From Vicinamibacteria bacterium (lineage in GTDB: Bacteria; Acidobacteriota; Vicinamibacteria; Vicinamibacterales; JAENWD01): 64,000 bases of DNA. The stretch spans positions 128,910 to 192,909 of the forward strand of contig CAVUPP010000010.1 of the NCBI GenBank assembly GCA_963743245.1. The letters run 5' to 3'. The notes below the pieces were generated by a model. That model was not told where the DNA came from. It saw only the letters and a list, made by a program, of their open reading frames with translations, and did no database searches. Below, piece after piece: positions 36,049 through 44,799 of this stretch. Position numbers and translations under genes: made by a program. Numbering within the stretch: the first letter of the stretch is position 1; each line of letters begins with the position of its first letter.

Positions 36049-36964
36049 ATTGTTTGAGATCCGTCTTGATGGCGTGAATCGCGAAGAGGGCCTGTTGTCG
36101 GACGCCCTCGTCCGGATCCTGCAGCATCGCCCACAGCGTCGGGATGAGCGACTCGGCGGTGCGCCCCAGCACCGCGATGGCATGAGCGGACGCCGCCCGC
36201 ACTTCGGGATCCGCATCGTGCAGAACTTCCGAAAGGATCGGGAGCAGGTCAACGCGGTTCCGCGCGACGTCCGGCAGAAGTGCCACGGCCTCCGCACGCA
36301 GGCCGCTGTCATTGTCTTGAATCGTCCGCAGCACGATCCCCTGCGCCCGTTCGCCCTCACTCAGCTGCGCGAGCGCGGCCGCGGCGTAGAGCCGCACCGC
36401 GGCGTCCCGATCGTCGAGCGCCGCCGATAGCGGCGGAACGGCACGGCGGCCCGCCGGGCCACTTGCAATCAGGACTACCGCGGCGGATGTCCGGGCGCCG
36501 GGATCCACGTCGCTCCGGATGGACACCGCAGCCGCGTCGATGACGTCGATAGCAGAGGGTGCAATTCGCGCGAGCGCGAGACCGGCCGATCGGCGCACCA
36601 CCGCCGCATCGTCGTGCTGAAACACGCGCAACAGCGACGGTACGGATGCGGCCGCACGCGGACCGATCTGCTCGAGTGCCGCGGCTGATGATTGGCGGAG
36701 ATCCGGAGAGCGTTCGTCGAGGATTGCCTGGAGTGCAGGAACGGCCGGTCCCGCCGCATCGCCTCCGTGCGCGATTGCGATCTGCGTGACGGCGTCCGCG
36801 GCGCGACGCCGCTCGATCGGGTCGCTCGCGCGCAGACCCTGCATCCAGAAGCTGAGGGGACGGGACTCCCAGGAGGGCTCGGCTCCGGCAGGGCCGTCAG
36901 CGTGAACGCCTGACCAGGCGCCGAGAAGCAGCGCCGCGATCAGCCACGTGAACCGAGAACGCAT
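36047..36964 (-). CDS. Exported HEAT-repeat protein
   Basis: ATG at 36962-36964 and signal MRSRFTWLIAALLLGAWSGVHA. Helical units of about 30 aa recur, with D/E-x-VR-x-x-AA-x-AL (for example DAAVRLYAAAAL, DPEVRAASAHAI). Confidence 0.7.
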   Translation of the reverse strand: MRSRFTWLIAALLLGAWSGVHADGPAGAEPSWESRPLSFWMQGLRASDPIERRRAADAVTQIAIAHGGDAAGPAVPALQAILDERSPDLRQSSAAALEQIGPRAAASVPSLLRVFQHDDAAVVRRSAGLALARIAPSAIDVIDAAAVSIRSDVDPGARTSAAVVLIASGPAGRRAVPPLSAALDDRDAAVRLYAAAALAQLSEGERAQGIVLRTIQDNDSGLRAEAVALLPDVARNRVDLLPILSEVLHDADPEVRAASAHAIAVLGRTAESLIPTLWAMLQDPDEGVRQQALFAIHAIKTDLKQ

Positions 36965-37054
36965 GGGGAACCCTGACCCTGGGGGAAACCGAGCCCGCAC
37001 TATAGGAGCCGTGCGCGGCGGTGTCAAGGTGAGTTCCACGTGTCAGCGGTGCAC

Positions 37055-38059
37055 TCACCATTCGAAGCCGTCGCCGATGGGATCGTCCTCGCTCGAGCGG
37101 AATTCATGATCCGCGATCAACCACGCCGTGGCGGAAACCTCAGCCTGAATCGCATCGATGTCGCCGACGCGCGAGCGCGCCGCGATTCGCCCAGCGAGCG
37201 TCGTTCCTGCCAGGCCCTCGACGACGAGGTCCTGATCGGTGGCGAGGCGCATCGCGTCAAGCACCGCGAGCACGGCAGAGAGCGCTTCTGCCGACGGGCC
37301 ACGGGACAGCTCGCCGCCCGCACTGGCCGGGACCACTCTCAGCTGAGCCGCGGCTACCGTCGCAGGTCCGGTGAACACGATGCCGGCCAACGATTCGTTT
37401 GAGCGTCGTGACGGATGCGCGAGCGTCACGCTGCGTTCGACGCTCGCCGCGATCGCGCGTGCGGCATGCCGCAACTCCGGATGATGCATCACATCCATCG
37501 TCAGGCCCGCCGACTCGGTGTCCACGATTGCGAAGAACTGACCGCTCCAGGACACGTCGACGCGGATGCCTCGGGACCCGAACGTGACGGGCACGCCGCC
37601 CGCGAACACGAATGAGGGTGGCCCCAGGTACGACACACGGGTGACGCGCCCGCTGGGATCTGTCTTCACCTCGGCATCGATGCTGCCGATCCCGGTCTGA
37701 ACCCGGACGAGACCGGCCTGCCGCGGCAGCAGCAACCGCCGCTCGAGCGCGATCGTCACAGCCGCAACGAGTCCGCAACCCGACATCGGCACGAGACCGG
37801 CGGAGGACAAGACGACGAGCCCGGCGTCGGCATCGGCGGCCGAGGGTGCGGCAAGAAGGCCGAGCTGTTGCCCGTCGTGTCCGCGCGGTTCCCGCAGCAA
37901 GGACATCAGCCGGAGACCGTCGCGGCGCTTCAGCCACCGCGCCACTTCAGCGGGCGTCCGGCCCTGCGGCAGCGGGGCGCCAGCCGTGATCAGCCGCAGC
38001 ACGTTCCCCGCGACGTGCGCGTCAATCGCGGTCACGACGACTTCGTCTTCACGCATCAT
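37055..38059 (-). CDS. Proline racemase / hydroxyproline epimerase family protein (divergent active-site motifs)
   Basis: Track ORF, 334 aa. The overall pattern is VVTAIDAHVAGNVLRLI..., PMSGCG (first catalytic Cys region) and WSGQFFAIVD. The second catalytic motif reads SRGPSAEALSA instead of the usual DRSPCGTGTSA. Confidence 0.65.
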   Translation of the reverse strand: MMREDEVVVTAIDAHVAGNVLRLITAGAPLPQGRTPAEVARWLKRRDGLRLMSLLREPRGHDGQQLGLLAAPSAADADAGLVVLSSAGLVPMSGCGLVAAVTIALERRLLLPRQAGLVRVQTGIGSIDAEVKTDPSGRVTRVSYLGPPSFVFAGGVPVTFGSRGIRVDVSWSGQFFAIVDTESAGLTMDVMHHPELRHAARAIAASVERSVTLAHPSRRSNESLAGIVFTGPATVAAAQLRVVPASAGGELSRGPSAEALSAVLAVLDAMRLATDQDLVVEGLAGTTLAGRIAARSRVGDIDAIQAEVSATAWLIADHEFRSSEDDPIGDGFEW

Positions 38060-38077
38060 GTGATGGCGGCCTCAGCA

Positions 38078-38203
38078 GTCTTTCGGTCTTCGGTCTGCGG
38101 GCTTCAGTCTGCGGTCTGCGGCACTCCGCACTCCGCATTCCGCATTCCGACACTTCCACCTTCCGGTTCCACTCCGCACTCCGCATTCCGAACTCCGAAT
38201 TCG
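38078..38203. repeat. About 18 consecutive in-phase heptanucleotide units (gtcttc/gtctgc, then cgcactc/cgcattc, then gaactcc)
   Basis: Counted directly. The 126 nt parse into 7-mers with no phase break. The array lies in the divergent spacer between the genes starting at 38059 (minus strand) and 38358 (plus strand). Confidence 0.8.
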
Positions 38204-38357
38204 GATGAGGGTCCTCGGCCCGGGTCAGCCGTGTCCTCTCGGGACGGCAGCTCCGTTCGCGGCGGTTCATTTTGCAGTAATTCTCGTGCGCTCGTCCTGG
38301 CGCGTCGCTTGCTCCGACGCCAGGCAACGGGTGCCAGCCCTCCTGGTGGAGAGAGAC

Positions 38358-39044
38358 GTGGCCAGACTTCCCTACGCTTCTGCGCTGCTGCTCGTCGCGG
38401 CTCTCGCGATGGCAGCACCTGCTGATGCGCAATGGCGCGGGGGTGGATGGGGGCAGCCGGGGTATGGCTCCGCTATCGACCGCGCGCGCGACATCGGCTT
38501 CCGTGACGGTGTCGGACATGGCGAACGAGATGCACGCAACGGACGGCGCTTCGACGTCGATGACTCGCGCGAGTACCGCAGCGCAGAGTCCGGCTTCAAC
38601 GGCGGCTGCGATCGCGGCGACTACAGGCGAATGTATCGCGAGTCGTTCGAGCGCGGCTATCGCGACGGCTACAGCCGTGTGTCACGAAACGGGTGGCGCC
38701 CGGGGTGGCAGGACGGGTCGCGCTCTCCGAGCTACGACCGGGAACCGAGCTGGGGCATCAGCGGCTCCGTCGGCTACGGCAGCTCCGGCGGGTACGGCAG
38801 CTACAGCGGATACGGGCGCTGGGGCTCTCCAGCCTCGGATCGAGGCTTCCGGGAGGGGTTCGAGAAGGGACGCGATGACGGACACGATCGCGACCGGTTC
38901 GATCCCTATCGCGAGCGCTGGTATCGAGAGGGCGACCGCGGCTATCACCGCGAGTACGGTTCCCGCGAGGCGTACAAGAACGCCTATCGCGACGCGTTCA
39001 GACGGGGCTACGAGGAGGGATACAGGGATGGACGGCGGCGTTGA
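38358..39044 (+). CDS. Exported low-complexity Arg/Gly/Asp/Tyr-rich repeat protein
   Basis: GTG at 38358 within track ORF 38205..39044, and signal ARLPYASALLLVAALAMAAPADA. The motif [FY]R[DE]G[FYV]..G..D recurs (FRDGVGHGERD, FERGYRDGYSR, FREGFEKGRDD, FRRGYEEGYRDG). Confidence 0.55.
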   Translation: MARLPYASALLLVAALAMAAPADAQWRGGGWGQPGYGSAIDRARDIGFRDGVGHGERDARNGRRFDVDDSREYRSAESGFNGGCDRGDYRRMYRESFERGYRDGYSRVSRNGWRPGWQDGSRSPSYDREPSWGISGSVGYGSSGGYGSYSGYGRWGSPASDRGFREGFEKGRDDGHDRDRFDPYRERWYREGDRGYHREYGSREAYKNAYRDAFRRGYEEGYRDGRRR

Positions 39045-39111
39045 TGAACCCGTTCACTGACGAGGGCAGAATGACGATTGACGATTGGCCCAAAGAGCCA
39101 TTCGTCATCCG

Positions 39112-40618
39112 TCAATCTGCCTTCGTCAATGCAGGATTCGCCGCCGGAGCGGCTTTCCTGTCGGTCCGAAGCAGGAACCGGCGCACGCGACTGAGGAGTG
39201 TGGCCGCCGGTTCGACGGCCGCAGCGTTCGTGGCTGCCGCCGTCCGGGCCGAGCTCAACTCGGCGCGGCGTCGCACGACATCCGCTGAAATCGTCTCGAG
39301 GACCGCGGGATTCTGGAGCGCAATCTCCCGGAACCCGCCGGCCGTGATCTCTACGACCCGGCAATCGCTACTGGCGCTGACCGTTGCCGTGCGTGGATCG
39401 CCGGTCAGCAGCGACATCTCCCCGAAGTACCCGCCCTGGCCAATCGTTGCGACCTCGTGCCGGTCCAGGCCGATCGTGACCCGCACCTGCCCCGAGGCGA
39501 CGATGAACGCCGAATCCCCGGCCTCGCCTTCGCGGACGATCGATTCTCCGGTGCCATAGAGATGTTCGCGCGTCCGATGGGCCAGCTCGCGCCGCTCGTC
39601 GGGCGACAACGACCCGAAGAGCGCCGCGCTCTCGAGAACGCGCTGAATGCGATCGGCGCGATCCGCCTCGCTCTCGTGCTCTTCGATCCGCTCGTATTGC
39701 ACCTGGATCGGGAACGGAATCTCGATCTTGCGCCGATCGAAGGCGTAGTAGAGCGCCGTCCGCAGCTCGTCGCGAATGATGTCGTCTTTGCGACGGCTCG
39801 GAAATCCAGAACTGCACGCGGTAGGTGATCGACGAGCTCGCAAAGTCCGCGAGGAGCACCTGCGGCGCGGCGGCACCTGCGAGCACCTGCGGATGCTGGC
39901 GCAGCACATCCTGGATCGCGTCTTTCACGTCGTTCGGCGGATTGTGATAGCCCGCCCCGATGTCGAACGAAATGCGCGTGGGCGCCGCCGGCTCCGAGAA
40001 GTTCGTGATCGCCTGTTTGGCGACCTCGCTGTTGGGGACGATCACGAGATTGCCCTGGCGCGTGCGGATCTTCGTGGCACGCCAGGTGATTTCGACCACC
40101 TCGCCCTCGAACTTCTCCGACGACACCCAGTTGCCGACATGGAACGGTTTCTCGACCTGAATGGCCAGGCCCGAGAACATGTTCCCGAGCGTGTCCTGCA
40201 GAGCGAACCCGATCACGACGGCACCGACCGCCGACGTGGTCAGGAACTTCTCGTCGAGGACGAACGTCGCGACGACGAGGAAGAGCCCGATGACGATCGC
40301 GTCCTGAACAATCGTGGGAAAACGATCCGAGGCGCGCCCGGTCCGCAGCGGATTGACCGCGACCAGAACGATCGTGTGGATGACGGCCAGCGCGAAGAGC
40401 AGCCGCGCAATCGACTGCAGGTTGGCCTCGACGGCAGACGACACCTGACCCCACGTCAGGATCGCGCCCAGCGCGAGCACCGCGAGCGACAGCACCAGCG
40501 TGAGCCGCAGCCGGCTCTTGACGATGCGGTTGGTCGTGAAGCCGCGGACGGCCAGCGCCACCGCGAACAGGACGGCGCTGGTCACCACGTGGAACGAGAC
40601 GTCGGTAGCAGCGGGCAC
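39112..40618 (-). pseudogene. MscS-family mechanosensitive channel with a C-terminal cyclic-nucleotide-binding domain (bCNG-like), frame broken near 39793-39800
   Basis: Track ORF 39368..40618 gives the TM and MscS core (LQDTLGNMFSGLAIQVEKPFHVGNWV...EVVEITWRATKIRT) up to RVQFWISEP. The +1 frame (track 39112..39909) continues RKDDIIRDELRTALYYAFDRRKIEIPFP and a cNMP domain (GYFGEMSLLTGDPRTATV). Confidence 0.85.
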
Positions 40619-40624
40619 GACGAG

Positions 40625-41764
40625 TTACAGCAGCTGGCCGTCCTTCTTGAACGAGGCTATTTCAGCCGCGGTCACTTTCACCGCGATCGGTGCGGGATTG
40701 GACCCGCCTTTCGCGTTACGTTCCGTATCCACGCCTCGCGAGGCTCCCGATCCCGTGACCTCGGCGGATTCCTTCTCGGATCCCGCGTTGGACTTGGTCA
40801 GCGAGCCGAGGCCGAAGCCCTTCTTCTTCTTCGGTTCTTCTGGTGGAGGTGGAGGCGCGGGCTTGGTCTCGCCCGTCAGGCCGGCGGATCCCGCGCCCGG
40901 CGCGACCGTCGCGACAGAGGCCAGCGGTACCGGCGTGTACGTGACGTTCTGCTTGAACCGCGCCACGACGGTGGCTGTGGACGCGAGCTTGTTGGTCTTG
41001 ATGATCGCCGTCAACTTGTCGAGGCGCTCCTGCATCTCGGGATGCGAGGCGAAGAGCCCCTGCTTCTGCGTCGAGTTCTTGTTGCGGTCGAGCAGCGTCG
41101 AGAGGAACGACGGCAGGCCGTGCGGCTCGTAGCCGACCTTGTTCGCGAGGACGACGCCCTTGGCATCCGCCTCGAGCTCTTCACTGCGGCCGAAGCCGGC
41201 CATCACCACGTCGGTGGCCTTCTCGACCAGCTTGCCGAAGAGCGCCTTGTTTCCGGCGAGCGTTTCGTCCGCACCCATCTGCACCAGCTTCCCCTTCTGA
41301 ATGGCGCGGATGGTGTGCTTCTCTGTGACGTGGGTGATCTCGTGTCCCAGCACACCGGCCAGTTCCGCCTCGCTCTTCATGAGCGACAGCGCACCGCGGG
41401 TCACATGGATGTAGCCGCCTGGCGCCGCGAGGGCGTTGACCCCGTCGGTGTCGAGCACGATGAAATGCCAGGCGAGGTTCGGGCGCGTGCTCGCCTGCGC
41501 GAGCACCGAGCCCAGCAGCGTGACGTACTTGTGGATGGCGGCATCCTGCACCACGCCGTACCGCTTCCGGATGCGCTCGCTGACCGCCTGTCCCAGCTGC
41601 TGCTCTTCGTCGTCGGTAATCTCGACATCCTTGAACTGTTGAGCGCGCTTGAGGATCTGGCCCAACTGCCCGGACCCGGGCGCGGGGCGAGCCAGTACGG
41701 TCGACGGCAGCGCTACTGCCACCAACGTCAGCCCCGCCACCGCCATTTTCGTCGCTGCGTTCAT
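40625..41764 (-). CDS. Exported M48-family zinc metallopeptidase
   Basis: Track ORF, 379 aa. Signal MNAATKMAVAGLTLVAVALPSTVLA, the HEITH motif in VLGHEITHVTEKH, and downstream EELEAD. Its ATG overlaps the cyclase stop (ATGA at 41761-41764). Confidence 0.85.
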   Translation of the reverse strand: MNAATKMAVAGLTLVAVALPSTVLARPAPGSGQLGQILKRAQQFKDVEITDDEEQQLGQAVSERIRKRYGVVQDAAIHKYVTLLGSVLAQASTRPNLAWHFIVLDTDGVNALAAPGGYIHVTRGALSLMKSEAELAGVLGHEITHVTEKHTIRAIQKGKLVQMGADETLAGNKALFGKLVEKATDVVMAGFGRSEELEADAKGVVLANKVGYEPHGLPSFLSTLLDRNKNSTQKQGLFASHPEMQERLDKLTAIIKTNKLASTATVVARFKQNVTYTPVPLASVATVAPGAGSAGLTGETKPAPPPPPEEPKKKKGFGLGSLTKSNAGSEKESAEVTGSGASRGVDTERNAKGGSNPAPIAVKVTAAEIASFKKDGQLL

Positions 41765-43773
41765 AGGCCACCTGCCTCACCCGCCACGGGCGCGGAAACT
41801 GCTACTTCGAAGATATCGACCGATTGCGTCTTGCCCTTGACGGTGACGCCACCCAGCGGACGGATATCATACCGCCCCTGCAGCCGCTGCCGGGTGGCCG
41901 CGCTGATGATGATGCGCGAGCCGAACTGCTTGTTGAGCGATTCGAGACGCGACCCCAGGTTCACGTTGTCGCCGATCACGGTGTAGCTCATGATCGTTTC
42001 CGAGCCGATGTTGCCCGCCACCATGTCGCCGCTGTTGATGCCGATCCCGATGTCGAGCGTGGGGCGTCCGGCCGCGGCCCACTCCGCGTTCATGCGATGC
42101 AGCTCCTCGACCATCGCAACGGCGGTCTGCACGGCGTGCTCGGCATGTTGCGCATCCACCAGCGGAGCGCCGAAGAGCGCCATGATCATGTCGCCCACGA
42201 ACTTGTCCACCGTGCCCCGATGCGCGAAGACGACGGGCACCATCCGCGAGAAGTACTCGTTCAGCTGCGCGACGATTTCTTCCGGCTCGCCCCGTTCCGA
42301 CACGCTCGTGAATCCGCGGATGTCCGAGAAGAGCACCGACATGTCTCGGCGCTGGCCACCGAGCGAGGCCAGCGCGGGATTGTCCATCAGCTGATCGCAG
42401 ACGTCGCGCGACACGTAACGCTGAAAGATCTTCTTGACGCGCTGCTTCTCGCGGCCCTCCGCCACCCACTGATACGTCACACCGGCAAACGTCGCGAGCG
42501 CAATCGCGGCGAACGGCTCCGCGAGCGTGAGCCAGACGCCGCGCCCGAAGAAGAACGTGTGCGTCGCCGTGACGGCAGCGGCCGACACGAGGGCGAGCGC
42601 CATCGCTATCCACGGTCCGAGCATCGTGCCGGCTATCCCGAGCGCCGCGCCGGCAGCCACGGGAGCCGCGGCCGATTCCCACCACGTGGCCCGACGCAGC
42701 GTGCGCCGCGACAGCACGTCATCCACCATCGTCGCGTGGACGGCCGCGCCGGGCATCTTGCCCGACACGGGGACCGTGAACAGATCCGACAGGGCCGGAG
42801 CGGTCGCGCCGACCAGGATGATCTTGTTCTTGAGCGATGCCGGATCGACGAGCGGTTTCTCGCCGGCGAGAATCTGCTGCTCCGAGTAGAAGAGGTCGTA
42901 GAACGACAGCCGCCGGTACAGCGGACGCCCGTCGGTCATGATGGAGCCCGCGTACCGCAACAGCGCGCGACGCGAGGTGTGGTGCTCGCCGTAGTAGCTC
43001 GGAATGTCGGCGTCCTGCAGTGGAAGGAAGCGATCGCGCAGCCAGACACCGTCGCGATCGAGCCGCACTTCGTCCGGCCGGATATCGAGCGCGATGAGCG
43101 CCGCGGCCATCCCGAGCGCAGGCACCCACTGCTGACCCGAGCGGATGAAAGGGACGTACCGGCGGAGCGGACCGTCGGGATCGAGCACGATGAAGTTGTG
43201 GCCAATCGCGCGGCTCGCCTTCGCAATCGATGGGATCGGCGGCGTCACAATCGGGCGTTCTTCGACAGACGCGTCGAGATGAAACGGTCCGCCAGGGAGC
43301 GGCGGTGCCGGCGTGCCGGGCTTGCCTCGGTCGCTCTCGAGCGGTTCGGCCACCGCGTCGGCGATGTGGACGATCATGCCGGCCTGCGCCGTCGAGTCCG
43401 CGAGGGCCCGATCCGACTGCTCGCCAGTCGTGTCTTCGCCTCCCAGCTGAAAACGCCGCCGGTCAGCCTCGGTGAAGAGCACGTCGTAGGCCACGACTTT
43501 GGCCGGCGCTCGCGCCAGGAAGTCGAGTACGTAGCTGTGGACGACGCGCGGCCATGGCCAGCGTCCGACGAGGGGCTCGAGACTGCGCAGACTCTTCTCG
43601 TCGATGTTGACGAGAACAATGTCGTTGCTGGCGGACGAGGGGTCGGCGACGGCGCGCATGCGCCAGTCGTAGGTCTTCATCTCGACCGTGCCGACAAAGG
43701 GCAGCTGTCCGAGCGCGAGCGCCAGGGCGGCGCTGGCGAGTCCGATGGCGACTCCGATGAGGGTCTTCCGCAA
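41761..43773 (-). CDS. CHASE2 sensor domain / class III adenylate (nucleotidyl) cyclase
   Basis: Only the C-terminal roughly 670 aa of track ORF 41761..44574 are credible. A TTG at 43771-43773 gives MRKTLIGVAIGLASAALALALG (TM1). A CHASE2-like periplasmic region, 3 TM segments and a cyclase domain follow (VLFSDIRGFTS...VDKFVGDMIMALFGAP...YTVIGDNVNLGSRLE). Confidence 0.8.
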   Translation of the reverse strand: MRKTLIGVAIGLASAALALALGQLPFVGTVEMKTYDWRMRAVADPSSASNDIVLVNIDEKSLRSLEPLVGRWPWPRVVHSYVLDFLARAPAKVVAYDVLFTEADRRRFQLGGEDTTGEQSDRALADSTAQAGMIVHIADAVAEPLESDRGKPGTPAPPLPGGPFHLDASVEERPIVTPPIPSIAKASRAIGHNFIVLDPDGPLRRYVPFIRSGQQWVPALGMAAALIALDIRPDEVRLDRDGVWLRDRFLPLQDADIPSYYGEHHTSRRALLRYAGSIMTDGRPLYRRLSFYDLFYSEQQILAGEKPLVDPASLKNKIILVGATAPALSDLFTVPVSGKMPGAAVHATMVDDVLSRRTLRRATWWESAAAPVAAGAALGIAGTMLGPWIAMALALVSAAAVTATHTFFFGRGVWLTLAEPFAAIALATFAGVTYQWVAEGREKQRVKKIFQRYVSRDVCDQLMDNPALASLGGQRRDMSVLFSDIRGFTSVSERGEPEEIVAQLNEYFSRMVPVVFAHRGTVDKFVGDMIMALFGAPLVDAQHAEHAVQTAVAMVEELHRMNAEWAAAGRPTLDIGIGINSGDMVAGNIGSETIMSYTVIGDNVNLGSRLESLNKQFGSRIIISAATRQRLQGRYDIRPLGGVTVKGKTQSVDIFEVAVSAPVAGEAGGL

Positions 43774-43796
43774 CGACGCGAGAGTAGCAAGAAAAG

Positions 43797-43862
43797 TGCG
43801 GAATGCGGAGTGCGGAGTGCGGAATGCGGCGTTAGCACCCCGAATTCCGAACTCCGAATTCA
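43797..43862. repeat. Imperfect inverted heptamer array (gcggaat/gcggagt arm versus ccgaatt/ccgaact arm)
   Basis: Read directly, between the WD40 gene stop (43860) and the cyclase start (43773). The two arms are complementary except for a periodic G/T difference. Confidence 0.7.
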
Positions 43863-44771
43863 GTATGTCGCTTTGAGTGGCCAGATGCGGACGATGCCAT
43901 CGGCGCCACCACTGGCAAGCCATTGGCCGTCGGGACTGAACGCGATGGTGTTGGTCCCGTCCTTGTTCCCAGGCAAGGTCCGCAGGAGGTGCCCCGTTCC
44001 CGTCTCCCAGAGTTCGATCGTTCCCTCGTCTCCGGCGGACGCGAGCGCGACGCCGTCGCGGTCGAACTGTATGACGCGAATGCCTGAGCGTGCGGTCAGC
44101 GTCCGCAGGGTCTGTCCGGTCGTCACGTCCCAGATTGCAATCTTCTTCTCGCCAGCCACGCCAGCGAGGAGCCGGCCGTCGGGACTGAGCGACAACGACT
44201 GCTCGAAGAACGAATCGACGGTGAACGTGTGGATCGGCTTGGCGGATTCGCTGTCGAGCACATCGATCCTCTTCCCTGGTCCGAGGGCAACCACGACCCG
44301 TTGATCGGCGCTGTACGCTCGAACACTGTGCTCGGGATAGGTACGGACTTCGGCACCGCTGGCGATATCCCACACATGAGACGAGGTCGCAAGCGTCTGA
44401 CTGGAGCCTGGACTGAAGACAGGCACGCCCACATATTCTTCGGGTTCCGTCAACGTCTTGAAGCGACGCCCCGTGACGAGGTCCCAGAACACGATTGCGT
44501 TCGGGTTGGTCCCAATCGGGCCGCCCGTAGCCGCCAGCAGGCGGCCGTCCGGCGCAAGCGCCAGCCAGTAGCAACTCGTACTGCCTGGCGGTCGAGCGCT
44601 TACCGTGGTTGCCGGCGTCACTCCTGCAGGTGGGAGCGCATTGGAAACCGACGACGGGCTCGCAGACGTTGACGAGGAGTTGGCCTGTGGACCGGGCCCG
44701 ATGTGCTTACCGCAGGCCCGGCAGAACGCCGCGTCATCCGGGTTGGGTACACCACAGTAGTTACAGAACAT
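43860..44771 (-). CDS. Zinc-ribbon plus WD40 (beta-propeller) repeat protein
   Basis: ATG at 44769-44771 and the N-terminal zinc ribbon MFCNYCGVPNPDDAAFCRACG. A Ser/Pro linker follows, then WD40-like repeats (LSPDGRLLAGVAGEKKIAIWDV, FSPDGQWLASGGADGIVRIWPL). Confidence 0.8.
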   Translation of the reverse strand: MFCNYCGVPNPDDAAFCRACGKHIGPGPQANSSSTSASPSSVSNALPPAGVTPATTVSARPPGSTSCYWLALAPDGRLLAATGGPIGTNPNAIVFWDLVTGRRFKTLTEPEEYVGVPVFSPGSSQTLATSSHVWDIASGAEVRTYPEHSVRAYSADQRVVVALGPGKRIDVLDSESAKPIHTFTVDSFFEQSLSLSPDGRLLAGVAGEKKIAIWDVTTGQTLRTLTARSGIRVIQFDRDGVALASAGDEGTIELWETGTGHLLRTLPGNKDGTNTIAFSPDGQWLASGGADGIVRIWPLKATY

Positions 44772-44799
44772 GGCCGCCACATCACTAGAATGGTGATCT

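Noticed and set aside
38078-38203. Could the tandem arrays be CRISPR arrays?
   Set aside because: The units are 6-8 nt with no unique spacers, each array is under 130 nt, and no cas genes are present.
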